Shown here: positions 1-9,418 of the stretch, one piece after another
Position numbering within the stretch: the first letter of the stretch is position 1
How the letters are laid out: each line of letters opens with the position of its first letter
Source: an uncultured delta proteobacterium
Lineage (GTDB): Bacteria; Desulfobacterota; Desulfuromonadia; Desulfuromonadales; BM103
DNA length: 64,000 bases
Direction: 5' to 3'
Assembly (NCBI GenBank): GCA_963715335.1
Contig: CAVQRZ010000014.1
Span: 96,001-160,000, forward strand
The notes under the pieces: model-generated
Database searches by the model: none
What the model saw: only the letters and a program-made list of their open reading frames with translations
What the model was told of the DNA's origin: nothing
Program-made: the position numbers and the translations under genes

Positions 1-570
1 ATGGTCATCGGCAGCGCCACGGGGCTGGCCAAGGCGAGCATGGGTGAAATGGCCTTTCTGGTCGTCGCGATCATGTCGGTTGGCAATGCCGCCGGACGTA
101 TCGTCGCCGGCGTGGTCTCTGACAAGATCGGTCGCGCCAACACCCTCGTGATCATGCTGGTGTTCCAGGCCAGCCTGATGTTCCTCGCCATACCCGTCAT
201 CGATGGCACTTACAGCAACCCTCTGGCCATGCCTCTGCTGGTGACGTTCATGGTCTTCAATTACGGGACGAACCTGTCGCTCTTCCCGTCGTTTGCCAAG
301 GACCTCTGGGGTGCCAAGCATTTCGGCATGAACTACGGCATCCTCTTCTCTTCCTGGGGCGTCGGCGCATTTGCCCTGGTGCGGGTATCCGAGATGCTGC
401 GCGTCAAGACCGGCGGCTTCACCATGTCCTTCGCCGCGGCCGGTGCCCTGCTGGTGGTTGGTGCCATGCTCGCCGGCACTCTGAAGACCCGCAAGGCCGA
501 AGTGCCGGTTTTCGAAGGTGCATTCGAGGAAGAAGAAGACCTGGTGCTGGCAAAATCCGCCAACAAATAG
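1..570 (+). CDS. MFS transporter, oxalate/formate antiporter (OFA)-like, 5'-truncated by window edge
   Basis: Hydrophobic helices with MFS motif GRIVAGVVSDKIGR and OFA-like C-terminal half (FPSFAKDLWGAKHFGMNYG). Confidence 0.8.
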   Translation: MVIGSATGLAKASMGEMAFLVVAIMSVGNAAGRIVAGVVSDKIGRANTLVIMLVFQASLMFLAIPVIDGTYSNPLAMPLLVTFMVFNYGTNLSLFPSFAKDLWGAKHFGMNYGILFSSWGVGAFALVRVSEMLRVKTGGFTMSFAAAGALLVVGAMLAGTLKTRKAEVPVFEGAFEEEEDLVLAKSANK

Positions 571-613
571 TCCTGCACAGCCGTTTAAACCCTCCTTCAG
601 GTATAAACGGACT

Positions 614-645
614 CGGCCCCGCCAGAAAGGCGGGGCCGTTTTTTT
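614..645 (+). terminator. Rho-independent terminator
   Basis: CGGCCCCGCC-AGAAA-GGCGGGGCCG perfect 10-bp stem followed by T7. Confidence 0.85.
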
Positions 646-720
646 ATGGGTATTCAGAATTTACTGTAGAATTTTAAATGTCAGCAGCTATAAGTCATAA
701 CTTGGACCTAACTGAAACTA

Positions 721-1002
721 TCAAACCAACGTAAATCCATCACCAGCAAATTGAACATTGGACGGATCATTGGCACGCGGGGGCGAGACGGCATGCACAC
801 CTCCACAGATCGGACAATTCCCGACAAAAGTAACAAGAACAAAGAGGGCACTGCAGCCACCGCAAAACACCTCTAGTCCACCATTGGGAATCGTTTGTTG
901 TCTGAGATTGCCGCCGTGGGCCTGGGCAACAAATTCAACCAGTGCTCTTCCTTCAGCAAAAGGACCTGCACCGGCGGTATGGCCGCATCCGCAATTGCTC
1001 AT
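721..1002 (-). CDS. Small Cys-rich putative metal-binding protein
   Basis: AAGGAG RBS upstream of ATG; CxCxH N-terminus plus CGGC and CPICGG motifs. Confidence 0.7.
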   Translation of the reverse strand: MSNCGCGHTAGAGPFAEGRALVEFVAQAHGGNLRQQTIPNGGLEVFCGGCSALFVLVTFVGNCPICGGVHAVSPPRANDPSNVQFAGDGFTLV

Positions 1003-1231
1003 GATTCTTGCTCCTTAGTTTTAAGAGTGGATATCAATATTAAATGGAACTTTGCAAACGATTTGATTGTCAGAAGATAAAGCCCATTGTGAGAAAAATA
1101 CATGACACAAGTCAATTCACCTCAAATCTTTATCTAGGCGAACCTTGTCTGTTACGATCAATCAGACGCAAAATGGCCATTCCTAACTGGATGGGGCATT
1201 TTTGTTTCCCAGAAAAACCCATAATCTAGAT

Positions 1232-1287
1232 TTTCACGTTTATTTCACATTTTTTACACATTTCTATCACGTCTTATCTTTTAGAGT
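1232..1287 (+). promoter_or_regulatory. Four 11-bp-period direct repeats (TTTCAC/TTTCAC/TTACAC/TATCAC) followed by a -10-like TAGAGT
   Basis: CAC at 1235, 1246, 1257 and 1268 (exact 11-bp period, typical of OmpR/PhoB-family boxes); TAGAGT at 1282-1287. Confidence 0.45.
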
Positions 1288-1293
1288 GCAACC

Positions 1294-1376
1294 AAACAAG
1301 ACGCCCGAAACCTTAAAGCGTCTTGAGAATAATAAATTGCCTCCGGGGTCTTAATCGTTTAAGGCCCCTATTTTTT
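1294..1376 (+). ncRNA. Candidate small RNA (5' hairpin, CCUCC linker, terminator)
   Basis: Hairpin CAAGACGC/GCGTCTTG (1297-1325), TTGCCTCC linker, terminator GGGGTCTTAA/TTAAGGCCCC plus T-run; no ORF explains it. Confidence 0.4.
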
Positions 1377-1757
1377 ATAAAGTAAGTCGTTTATAATCAG
1401 TTAAATACACTTACTCTACTCTGACAGTATCGTTTCCTAAAGCCGCCTTTCTAAATATCACGAGTCAAAGTGACCCTGATTAATCCATGAAAACATGTTC
1501 TTATAAATGCTCCTGCAACGTCGTTCTTAGATGTCTTAGCATTAGCAGGACCTTCATTTTCAACATTCATTGCTGAAAAATAGATTTTCAAGCAAGGAGC
1601 GATCTCAACAGTAAATTCAAAAACCTCTTTTTTTATCAACCGGCATAAATCCGGACTGACGTGCGGGGTTCTTTTGAAAATAGTTGAATCACGGATCGCA
1701 GGAGTTGTAGTAGAATGGTTAAAGTGAGCCTGCGAACGAAGAGTTGAAGGGGATTTT

Positions 1758-2129
1758 GTGGCCGAATCTGGGAACGAACGATACAACCAGGCTGTTGCAA
1801 AGATGCGCAAGGAGGAGCAGTTGCGTCAGGCCGGATACCGCGAAAAGGCCCTGAAGCTTTTCCCCCATGTCTGCGCCCGATGCGTCAGGGAATTCGAAGG
1901 CAAGAAGCTTCGCGAGTTGACGGTCCACCATCGGGATCACAACCATGACAACAACCCACCCGACGGCAGCAACTGGGAACTGCTCTGCCTCTACTGTCAC
2001 GATCACGAGCATACACGTGGTGTGCAGGAACAACGAGACAAAGAAACACCCTCTGATCGCCCGGAGCGTCCTTCGCTTTCCCACTCTCCCTTTGCCGCCC
2101 TGGATGACAAACTCAAGGCTCCCAAGTAA
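1758..2129 (+). CDS. yajD: YajD-family HNH nuclease
   Basis: YREKALKLFPHVCARC...ELTVHHRDHNHDNNPPDGSNWELLCLYCHDHEH is the YajD signature. Confidence 0.85.
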   Translation: MAESGNERYNQAVAKMRKEEQLRQAGYREKALKLFPHVCARCVREFEGKKLRELTVHHRDHNHDNNPPDGSNWELLCLYCHDHEHTRGVQEQRDKETPSDRPERPSLSHSPFAALDDKLKAPK

Positions 2130-2255
2130 CAACCTTGTAGCTGCTTAACTTGCTGTTCTTAAACACGCTTCCAGATTATCAGGTATTTCCTGATGGTCTG
2201 GAGCCTTCTATGTAAATGTTCGTAATAGATGAAGTTTCCCGGGATCTAAAATTAA

Positions 2256-2997
2256 GTGGACTGGCTTGATTACACATTTATCCTGCTAGCCTATGTGGTC
2301 GCCGCCAGTATCAAAGGGCTGACCGGCATCGGTTTTTCAACATCGTGTTTGCCTATTATGGCCCTGCGTCTGGACCTTAAAGTTGCTATCCCTCTGGTCA
2401 TCATCCCTTCCATAGTCAGCAACCTTGCCGTCATGATCCAGGCGGGACGTTTCCGTCAGGCGCTGAAGCGGTTTTGGCCGATGTACGCTGCGAGTGTGCC
2501 GGGGCTTTGGCTTGGCCTTTCGGTCCTGGTCGCGATCAATGCGGTTACCGCGAAAGTTATCCTCGGGCTGGTGCTGGTGGCCTACGCAGTCTGGGCCTTG
2601 TTCAATATGTCCTTTTCCTTGTCAAAAGAGTGGGAACGCAATTTAAAAGTACCGGTGGGTATGATCACCGGCTTCATCAATGGGCTGACAGGATCTCAGG
2701 TTATGCCTGCCTTGCCTTACCTGTTATCACTCAATTTGCACAAAAATGATTTTGTCCAGGCGATCAACATCTCATTTACCTTGTCGAGTGTTGTTATGCT
2801 GATCGGCATGAATCGCCTGGGGTATTTGCCTTCCTCAACATGTGATGCTCGCTATAGGGAGCATTGTTCCGGTTTTGGCTACGGTGTACTTTGCCGGAAG
2901 GCTGCAGAAGAGGCTTACGGGAGTAACCCACCGCAAGCTGGTGTTGGCGTTTTTACTCATAATGGGTTTGACCCTGATCCTGAAAATCCTATTCTGA
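2256..2997 (+). pseudogene. TauE/SafE-family permease with a frameshift near 2840 (pseudogene or sequencing error)
   Basis: KGLTGIGF and GFINGLTG motifs; hydrophobic C-terminus VMLAIGSIVPVLATVYFAGRLQKR...LILKILF* continues in another frame to TGA at 2995-2997. Confidence 0.7.
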
Positions 2998-3299
2998 TAC
3001 ACTTCTTTTGCAGGGCCTTTTTTTCAGTTGGTCACGCGCGCTTTTGACCAGAGCACCCTCAGTGATTATGACGATGGACACCTGGTTGTCACCCTCAACC
3101 AGTGAGTAAGGCAATGAGGCGGTCGGGTAAACTGATGTCCGCTGTAAAAATTTCCTTGTCCTAACCAGCCAACAATAATAATTCAGGTAGAATGTCTGTG
3201 GTGGCACTGTATACAATCTGGAGAGTTGGCCCGACAAGGGCGTATCCCGAGGGGATGCACGAGCAGAAGATTCAGAAAAATTTTCACGGAGATATCGCT

Positions 3300-3668
3300 T
3301 TGAGTTACGAAATGACGGTTACCTTCATGGGCGATTACGTAGAGGCCCGATCAATCGGTGACAAGAGCTACCAGACTGCGGAGAAGCTCTGGGCCGAGAT
3401 CACCCGAATTTGTCAGCAGCACGATTGTTTCAGGGTCCTTGGCATTGCTGAGTCCACCAGGCAGATGTCGGTTATGGATTCGATCAACCATGAAGAACTA
3501 TTCAGGAAATTTGGTGTTACGCCCAAGTACAAGATTGCCTGGACCGAATCGAACATGGATGAATTTAAAAAGTTGAAGAACCTGGAAACCATTCTTATCA
3601 ATCGTGGTTACAGAGGCAAAATCTTTACCGATGTCGCAGAAGCCAGGAAATGGCTTCTGCAAGAGTAG
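3300..3668 (+). CDS. Hypothetical protein, SpoIIAA/STAS-like C-terminus
   Basis: GGAGA RBS before TTG; ends in [19 protein letters not shown], typical of SpoIIAA-like small proteins. Confidence 0.6.
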   Translation: MSYEMTVTFMGDYVEARSIGDKSYQTAEKLWAEITRICQQHDCFRVLGIAESTRQMSVMDSINHEELFRKFGVTPKYKIAWTESNMDEFKKLKNLETILINRGYRGKIFTDVAEARKWLLQE

Positions 3669-3771
3669 CCTTCTCCATGGTTTTTTCGACCGGTTGACAA
3701 CGCTGTCTCTGTGGTTGAAGGGAGACAAACCTGCAATCACATTGATCCCTGAGGACAACAATCAACGCAGT

Positions 3772-4380
3772 ATGATGCGCAATCTTTGGCTGATCATTTT
3801 CTTTGCAACGCTGATCTGGTCGGGAACCCAGCCAAAAGATTACATGACCTGGGTGCTTGAAGTGCTGCCGGCCGTGCTCGGCTTTGCTGTCCTGGTGGCG
3901 ACTCGCCACCGTTTCCCCCTGACGTCCCTGGCCTATACCCTGATCCTGGCCCACTGCATCATCCTGATGGTTGGCGGCCACTACACCTACGCTGAAGTAC
4001 CGTTGTTCGACTGGATTAGCGATTGGTTTGGCCTGGCCCGCAACAACTACGACAAACTCGGACACCTCGCGCAGGGCTTCGTGCCGGCAATCGCTGCCCG
4101 GGAGATTCTGGTGCGTAACGCGATTGTTGCCGGTAGAGGCTGGACGTCGTTTCTTGTCGTTTGCGTCTGTCTGGCGATCAGCGCTTTTTACGAGTTGATC
4201 GAATGGTGGGTGGCGATCCTTTCAGATGAAGCAGCCGAGGCCTTCCTCGGCACCCAGGGTTATGTCTGGGATACCCAGTCGGATATGATGTACGCACTGG
4301 TCGGGGCAATCCTGGCGCTGGTGTTTTTGTCGAAGCTGCATGATAAACAGATAAGGCGCGTGGCGCGTGGCGTGAGGTGA
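3772..4380 (+). CDS. DUF2238 / YjdF-family inner membrane protein
   Basis: GGHYTYAEVP, RNNYDKLGH, YELIEWW and FLGTQGYVWDTQSDM motifs. Confidence 0.85.
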   Translation: MMRNLWLIIFFATLIWSGTQPKDYMTWVLEVLPAVLGFAVLVATRHRFPLTSLAYTLILAHCIILMVGGHYTYAEVPLFDWISDWFGLARNNYDKLGHLAQGFVPAIAAREILVRNAIVAGRGWTSFLVVCVCLAISAFYELIEWWVAILSDEAAEAFLGTQGYVWDTQSDMMYALVGAILALVFLSKLHDKQIRRVARGVR

Positions 4381-4470
4381 GAAGCGCGAAAAAAATATGT
4401 CTAATAAAAAGGGGCAAGGATGGATATCCTGGCCCCTTTAGCTTGTTCGCAATTCGCGATTCGCACCTCG
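4354..4470. repeat. Degenerate heptamer tandem repeats flanking a bidirectional terminator (4406-4439)
   Basis: AGGCGCG-TGGCGCG-TGGCGTG-AGGTGAG-AAGCGCG (4354-4388) and TTCGCAA-TTCGCGA-TTCGCAC (4446-4466) around GGGGC-AAGGAT...ATCCT-G-GCCCC, between convergent genes. Confidence 0.55.
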
Positions 4471-4471
4471 T

Positions 4472-4858
4472 CTAAGGTGCTATCGGCATTTCGTAATCGG
4501 TGAGGATGACATCCATGTTCAGCAGGAAACGACCAAACTCGTCGAAGGTCATGCTGGCCGGCTTGACCAGGAAGAGGGCGACGATACTGACGACGGTGGC
4601 GGCAGCCACCCAGTTGAGGACCAGGTTGCGCAGTTCCCAGTTGGGTTCCTCCTGTTCCTGTTCGTCGGCTTGTGCCCGGGCAGGCAGTTTGTCTGCTATC
4701 TGCCTCATGATCTTGCCGGAACTGAGAAAGATCACTGCGGAAATGGCAAATTGGGGGAGGATTTCCAGCGAGGCCTGACCGGTCCCCAGCAGACCGGCAT
4801 AAAATGCCAGCACACCAAGTCCGAGCAATGTCATCTGGCGGCTGAGTTTTGCGTTCAT
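4472..4858 (-). CDS. Hypothetical membrane protein (about 3 TM helices)
   Basis: AGGA RBS, hydrophobic segments, directly downstream of the SatP-like gene on the same strand. Confidence 0.65.
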   Translation of the reverse strand: MNAKLSRQMTLLGLGVLAFYAGLLGTGQASLEILPQFAISAVIFLSSGKIMRQIADKLPARAQADEQEQEEPNWELRNLVLNWVAAATVVSIVALFLVKPASMTFDEFGRFLLNMDVILTDYEMPIAP

Positions 4859-4918
4859 GCGCTGAAATCCTCTTTAGACAACGTCATACCGAGAAATTAT
4901 CGGTATCTGCATCTTCTG

Positions 4919-5698
4919 TCAAGAACGGATCTTGCCGGATTTAGCCACTGCCGGTTGCAGAAGACAGATCGCTTCGCCACTGACATAGCGCATGCCGAGA
5001 TAGAATCCGGGCAGGCTGCTGGTTAAGCCGACCAGCGCTGCGCCGTGCAGGATGGCAGCGTTATCAGCGGCTTGGGCCATGGCGAGCATAAGCAGGAAGG
5101 CCGTCATCATGGCGAAAACTGTTCGGCAGGTACGGGTCAACTGGTCGAATCCCTGGCAAATAATCAGGCTGAACATCCCCCACATGACTAAATAGCCCAT
5201 CATCGGAACAGACCCGGGCATCGAACCGTACCCGGCCCTTGGCAGGATGTCCAAAGCGAGGATTGAGAGCCAGAACAGCCCGAAGCCGGTGAAAGTAATG
5301 GCACGCAGCGGCCTGCTTTTCAGAGCATTCAGTCCCGCAGAGATCTGGCCGACAGCACCGATCATCAGAATAATCGCCAGAAGATGCAGATTGATTGAGA
5401 CGATCGGCAACTTGTCGAGGGCATAGCATGCCACGGTAATGCTGTAGCTGAACAGCCCGAGCACGGGCAGGTTGTCGAGATTGCTGACCGGTCGCGCCGG
5501 CATCGGTGGTGCGACCGGTAGAGCCGGTTCCGGGAATTGCAAGCGATCCGACAATTCGCGGTATTTCTGGCAGTCCTGGTATTGGCAGGAGCAGAATTTG
5601 ATGATCATGCTGGCGTCGTGCGATGAGATATAGCCGCAACCGACGTCGCAGGCATCTTCGTCATGATCAAAGTAGGGACAAACCGCCGTGTCTTGCAT
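4919..5698 (-). CDS. SatP/YaaH (GPR1/FUN34) acetate-channel-like protein with N-terminal Cys-rich extension
   Basis: AGGAGG RBS; LPVLGL, GAVGQISAGL, FTGFGLFWLS and YLVMWGMFS correspond to SatP motifs (NPAPLGL, GGIAQIFAG, FTSYGSFWL, YLGLWGVFT). Confidence 0.7.
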   Translation of the reverse strand: MQDTAVCPYFDHDEDACDVGCGYISSHDASMIIKFCSCQYQDCQKYRELSDRLQFPEPALPVAPPMPARPVSNLDNLPVLGLFSYSITVACYALDKLPIVSINLHLLAIILMIGAVGQISAGLNALKSRPLRAITFTGFGLFWLSILALDILPRAGYGSMPGSVPMMGYLVMWGMFSLIICQGFDQLTRTCRTVFAMMTAFLLMLAMAQAADNAAILHGAALVGLTSSLPGFYLGMRYVSGEAICLLQPAVAKSGKIRS

Positions 5699-5814
5699 AT
5701 GCGCCTCCTGCGTGAACTTCTGGTGCCAGAGATAGCTGTTAAAAATTGGGCCCGGCACGGTAATCGGCAACATAAACTACGGCCGGGCCCGATGGAGTCA
5801 CACGGTTCTAGGGA

Positions 5815-5829
5815 GCAAGGCATATACCA
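5815..5829 (-). promoter_or_regulatory. Sigma-54 (-24/-12) promoter for the SatP-like gene
   Basis: Minus strand reads TGGTAT-ATGCC-TTGC, with correct GG-N10-GC spacing. Confidence 0.7.
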
Positions 5830-5926
5830 AAAGTATATTTACCGGATGATTTTTATTATCTCCAGCCATTCCAGTATGTTAGGTGTCTTTTGGGCGAGGG
5901 TTTGTACGGGTCTGCCCGGGGTATGG

Positions 5927-5975
5927 TTTTGCACAAATGCAAAACGGCAAATTTCACTTTTGCATTTGTGCAAAG
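5927..5975. promoter_or_regulatory. Pair of palindromic enhancer (UAS) sites
   Basis: TTTTGCACAAATGCAAAA (5927-5944) and TTTTGCATTTGTGCAAAG (5958-5975), about 100-145 bp upstream of the sigma-54 promoter. Confidence 0.6.
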
Positions 5976-6005
5976 AATTCGGGAGTAAGTCGCACAGTTG
6001 TTTGT

Positions 6006-7376
6006 CTAGGGTTCTATCTGCTTCTTGTCAATCCCGTATTTCTTCAGTTTACGGTAGATGGTCGCCATGTTCATATCGGCCTCGGCTGCGGCCTCTTCAA
6101 CGTTGCCGCCGTGTTTGCGCAGCAAGCGAGTCAGGTAGTCAGTTTCGAACTGGCCCAGCGCGGAAGAATAATCCGCGTGGTCTGCGGGCTGTCCGGTCTG
6201 GCCGATTTCGATCAGTTGGGCTACTTCCGGCAGCCCGATATAGTTGCCGCCGGAGATGGTCATTGCGGCTTCGATCACGTTGCACAACTGGCGAATGTTG
6301 CCAGGCCATTCATAGGCGCGTAATGCCTGCATGGCCTCCGGCGTCAAGCCCTTGAAATCTGTGCCGAATTTCACGTTCTGCTGGCGAATGAAATGGGCGA
6401 CCAGCAGCGGAATGTCTTCCTGACGCTTGCGCAGGGGGGGCAGGTGAATGTTGATAACGTTCAGGCGATAAAAGAGATCTTCGCGAAAGGTCCCCCGGGA
6501 GACTTCAGCGGTCAGGTCAGAATTGGTTGCCGAAATAATCCTTACGTTGACCTTGGTAGTTGTGGTGTCGCCGAGCCGACGAAATTCCTGCTCCTGCAGA
6601 AACCGCAGCATCGTCTTTTGCATGGTGAGTGGCAGGTTGCCGATTTCGTCGAGGAAGAGAGTGCCGCCATTGGCCGCCTCAAGCAACCCCTTGCGATTCT
6701 CCATGGCACCGGTAAAGGCCCCCTTCCGGTAGCCGAACAGTTCGCTTTCCAGGATGTTCTCCGGCATTGCGCCGCAGTTAAGCGCAACAAAGCGGTGGTC
6801 GCGACGTGCCGAGTTGTGGTGTACCGCCTGGGCGACCAGTTCCTTGCCGGTCCCTGATTCACCGGTTATCAGTACCGAGGTGTCCCGTACTGCGACCTTG
6901 GCGACTTTTTCCAGCAACGCCCTGATGACTGGTGATGCGCCGATAATGTTTTCAAACTTGAACTGTCCCGAGAGCTCCTCACGCAGTTCGCGGTTTTCCT
7001 CAAGCAGCTCATGGTGTTGCAGGGCATTCTTTACCCGGTAGACCAATTCATCCGGTTCAAACGGCTTGGTCAGCATATCGTATGCACCGCGGCGCAGGGC
7101 CTGTATCGACATTTCCACGGTGGCATAGGCGGTAATCATGATAACCGGAACTTCCGGGTCGCGATTGCGGACATGCTGTAATACTTCAAGACCATCCATT
7201 TCCGGCATCTTGATGTCGCTGATGATCAGGTCATAGTCCCCGGCGCTGAATTCGGCAACGGCCTGGACCGGACGCGTGAAGCTTTTAACCTGGTAGCCCT
7301 GGTCTCTGAGCACAGCCTCCATCATGCGACAGAGACCTTCTTCGTTATCAACCAACATGATGCGTTGGGGTGTCAT
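6006..7376 (-). CDS. NtrC-family sigma-54-dependent response regulator
   Basis: REC domain (DIKMP), Walker A GESGTGKE, GAFTGA loop, LFLDEIG, C-terminal HTH. Confidence 0.95.
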   Translation of the reverse strand: MTPQRIMLVDNEEGLCRMMEAVLRDQGYQVKSFTRPVQAVAEFSAGDYDLIISDIKMPEMDGLEVLQHVRNRDPEVPVIMITAYATVEMSIQALRRGAYDMLTKPFEPDELVYRVKNALQHHELLEENRELREELSGQFKFENIIGASPVIRALLEKVAKVAVRDTSVLITGESGTGKELVAQAVHHNSARRDHRFVALNCGAMPENILESELFGYRKGAFTGAMENRKGLLEAANGGTLFLDEIGNLPLTMQKTMLRFLQEQEFRRLGDTTTTKVNVRIISATNSDLTAEVSRGTFREDLFYRLNVINIHLPPLRKRQEDIPLLVAHFIRQQNVKFGTDFKGLTPEAMQALRAYEWPGNIRQLCNVIEAAMTISGGNYIGLPEVAQLIEIGQTGQPADHADYSSALGQFETDYLTRLLRKHGGNVEEAAAEADMNMATIYRKLKKYGIDKKQIEP

Positions 7377-9340
7377 TAAAATTCCTCCCGGTTGAGCGGC
7401 AGGCGGATCGTCACGGTCGTCCCGTGGTTGAGGCGACTGGTCATCTGGATACTGCCGTGATGCTGCTCGATAATCTGTCTGGTGATTGCCAGGCCGAGAC
7501 CCGTGCCGCGGTCTTTGGTTGTGTAGAAGGGCTCGAAGATGCGCTCCAGGTCAGCTTCGTTGATGCCGCTGCCCGTGTCGCTAAAGGTTATCACGGCGTC
7601 GCCCTCTTCCTGAGCGGTACTGACCGTAAGCTGACCGCCATCGACCATGGCCGCGCCGGCATTTAGAATCAGGTTGATGGCCACCTGCCTGATCTGGTCT
7701 CCGTCGATCGAAAGTGTCGGCAGGCCATCGGCAAACTGTTTGGCGATCTGCACGCCGTGCATGTCGGTGTGGTTTGCCGCGAAGCTGATGATCTGATCGA
7801 GCAACTGGTTGAGGTCGGTTTCGGAAAATTCGGGTTGAGGGGTGCGGGCGTAGTTGAGCAAGTCCTGCACGATCTTCTTGCAGCGTTTGCTCTCGCGCTT
7901 GATCTCGTGGATGAAGTGATGGTTCGGGTCTTCAGGGTCAAGCTTGTTCTCGAGGTATCCTGCATAGCCAAGGATGACGCCGAGCGGGTTGTTGATCTCA
8001 TGGGCAACGCCCGAGGAGAGTATCCCCAGGGAGGCCATCTTGCCCTGCTGAGCAAGGCTGGCTTCGAGTTCACGGTTGCGCTGCAGGTGACTGGTCATGC
8101 GATTGAAGGTTCTAGCCAGTTCGCCGAGTTCATCCCGGCTGGTGATTTCCATCTGTCGATGGAAACGACCGCGCTTGATGTCGCGGATCACCGATGTCAT
8201 GTGCTGGATCGGGTCGGAGAGGACCTTGGCTGCGAGGAAAACCATCAGGATTGACAAGCTGGCGACGATGATGGAGATCAGACCGAGGCTGCTCAGGATC
8301 CGTCCCTTGATCAGGTTGGTTTCACGGTAGAATTCGTCCTCGTAGGAACCGACCGCGACGATCCAGTCCCAGGGCTGGTAATGCAGGTAGCGGACGATCT
8401 TGCTGCGCGGCTTATCCTCTCCAGGGTTCTGCCACGGGTAGCGGATCCATCCCTCGAGCTGCCTGCACATCTCCTCGATAAAGGGGACGCCGTTTGAATC
8501 TCTCGATTCATAGATGTTCTCTCCTTCGGCTTCGGGATGGATCATCAGGTTGCCCTTGCGATCCATGCAGTAGATATAGCCAGTCTGTCCGACCCGTTTG
8601 GCGTTGATCCTGGCTTTGAGCTCGTTAAACGCCTGGCGCTCTGCCTCAGGATTCTCATAGGTCTCTTCAAGGTAACCGCCCGTGGCGATGATCCAGTCCC
8701 ACGGCTCATAGTAACGGTAGACCGCCATCTTCTGTCGGGGGTGCGCGTCTCCCAGTTCCGCGTTGCGCCACGGGTAGACAATCTTCAGTAGCGTGTCAGC
8801 CTTGGACTGTGTCGCGGCCTTGCACATGGTACGGATAAAATGTCTGCCATCTTCGTCCTGCTCAGAGTAGACGTTCTCACCCTCCCGGGCGATGTGCACA
8901 GTCAGGTCGCCCTTGCTGGTCATGGCATAAATGTAGCCGGTTTCACCAACCTGGACTCTTTTCAAGGCGGTGCGTGCTGCCTGCTTGGCACTCTCCAGGT
9001 CGATCTCCCCCTTGCGGTAGAGGCTGTCCTGGGCCTCGACCATGTTGTAGGCGAGGGTGGTCAGGCTGGCCAGCTCATTCTCGGTGGCGAGCTTCCGGTC
9101 TTCCTGGTAGGCCAAAAACTGCTGGTTGTGTGAATCAAGGAGGTCCACGGTAAATGCGGCCAGATGGTCGAGATCATCCTTACTGGTCTGGGTGATGCCG
9201 AGGTATGCCTGCTGGTAGGCGATCCAGCCGACCACCGTGCCGACCACGATAATCGGGATCAGCACCAATGGCAGCACGACGACCGTCATTTTCCAGCGGA
9301 TTCTGAGGTTGTTGACGAATTTAAACAGGGAACGGCTCAT
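7376..9340 (-). CDS. Cache-domain sensor histidine kinase (tandem Cache, HAMP, HisKA, HATPase)
   Basis: Two GETGYIY/GQTGYIY...YPW...WDWI Cache repeats, DELGELA HAMP, AHEINNPL H-box, GTGLGL G-box; abuts the regulator. Confidence 0.92.
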   Translation of the reverse strand: MSRSLFKFVNNLRIRWKMTVVVLPLVLIPIIVVGTVVGWIAYQQAYLGITQTSKDDLDHLAAFTVDLLDSHNQQFLAYQEDRKLATENELASLTTLAYNMVEAQDSLYRKGEIDLESAKQAARTALKRVQVGETGYIYAMTSKGDLTVHIAREGENVYSEQDEDGRHFIRTMCKAATQSKADTLLKIVYPWRNAELGDAHPRQKMAVYRYYEPWDWIIATGGYLEETYENPEAERQAFNELKARINAKRVGQTGYIYCMDRKGNLMIHPEAEGENIYESRDSNGVPFIEEMCRQLEGWIRYPWQNPGEDKPRSKIVRYLHYQPWDWIVAVGSYEDEFYRETNLIKGRILSSLGLISIIVASLSILMVFLAAKVLSDPIQHMTSVIRDIKRGRFHRQMEITSRDELGELARTFNRMTSHLQRNRELEASLAQQGKMASLGILSSGVAHEINNPLGVILGYAGYLENKLDPEDPNHHFIHEIKRESKRCKKIVQDLLNYARTPQPEFSETDLNQLLDQIISFAANHTDMHGVQIAKQFADGLPTLSIDGDQIRQVAINLILNAGAAMVDGGQLTVSTAQEEGDAVITFSDTGSGINEADLERIFEPFYTTKDRGTGLGLAITRQIIEQHHGSIQMTSRLNHGTTVTIRLPLNREEF

Positions 9341-9418
9341 AGTCGGATTAACGTTTCTTCAGAAATGAGCAGATTATGCTGCTTATGGGGTAAAAAAGCA
9401 AGTTGGGTAGGGCAGGAA

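Noticed and set aside
1451..1810. 119-aa minus-strand ORF
   Set aside because: It overlaps the yajD start, has no clear RBS or motifs, and has atypical composition.
1758..2129. HNH nuclease as a defence or mobile system
   Set aside because: It matches the widespread stand-alone YajD family, with no defence or mobility genes nearby.
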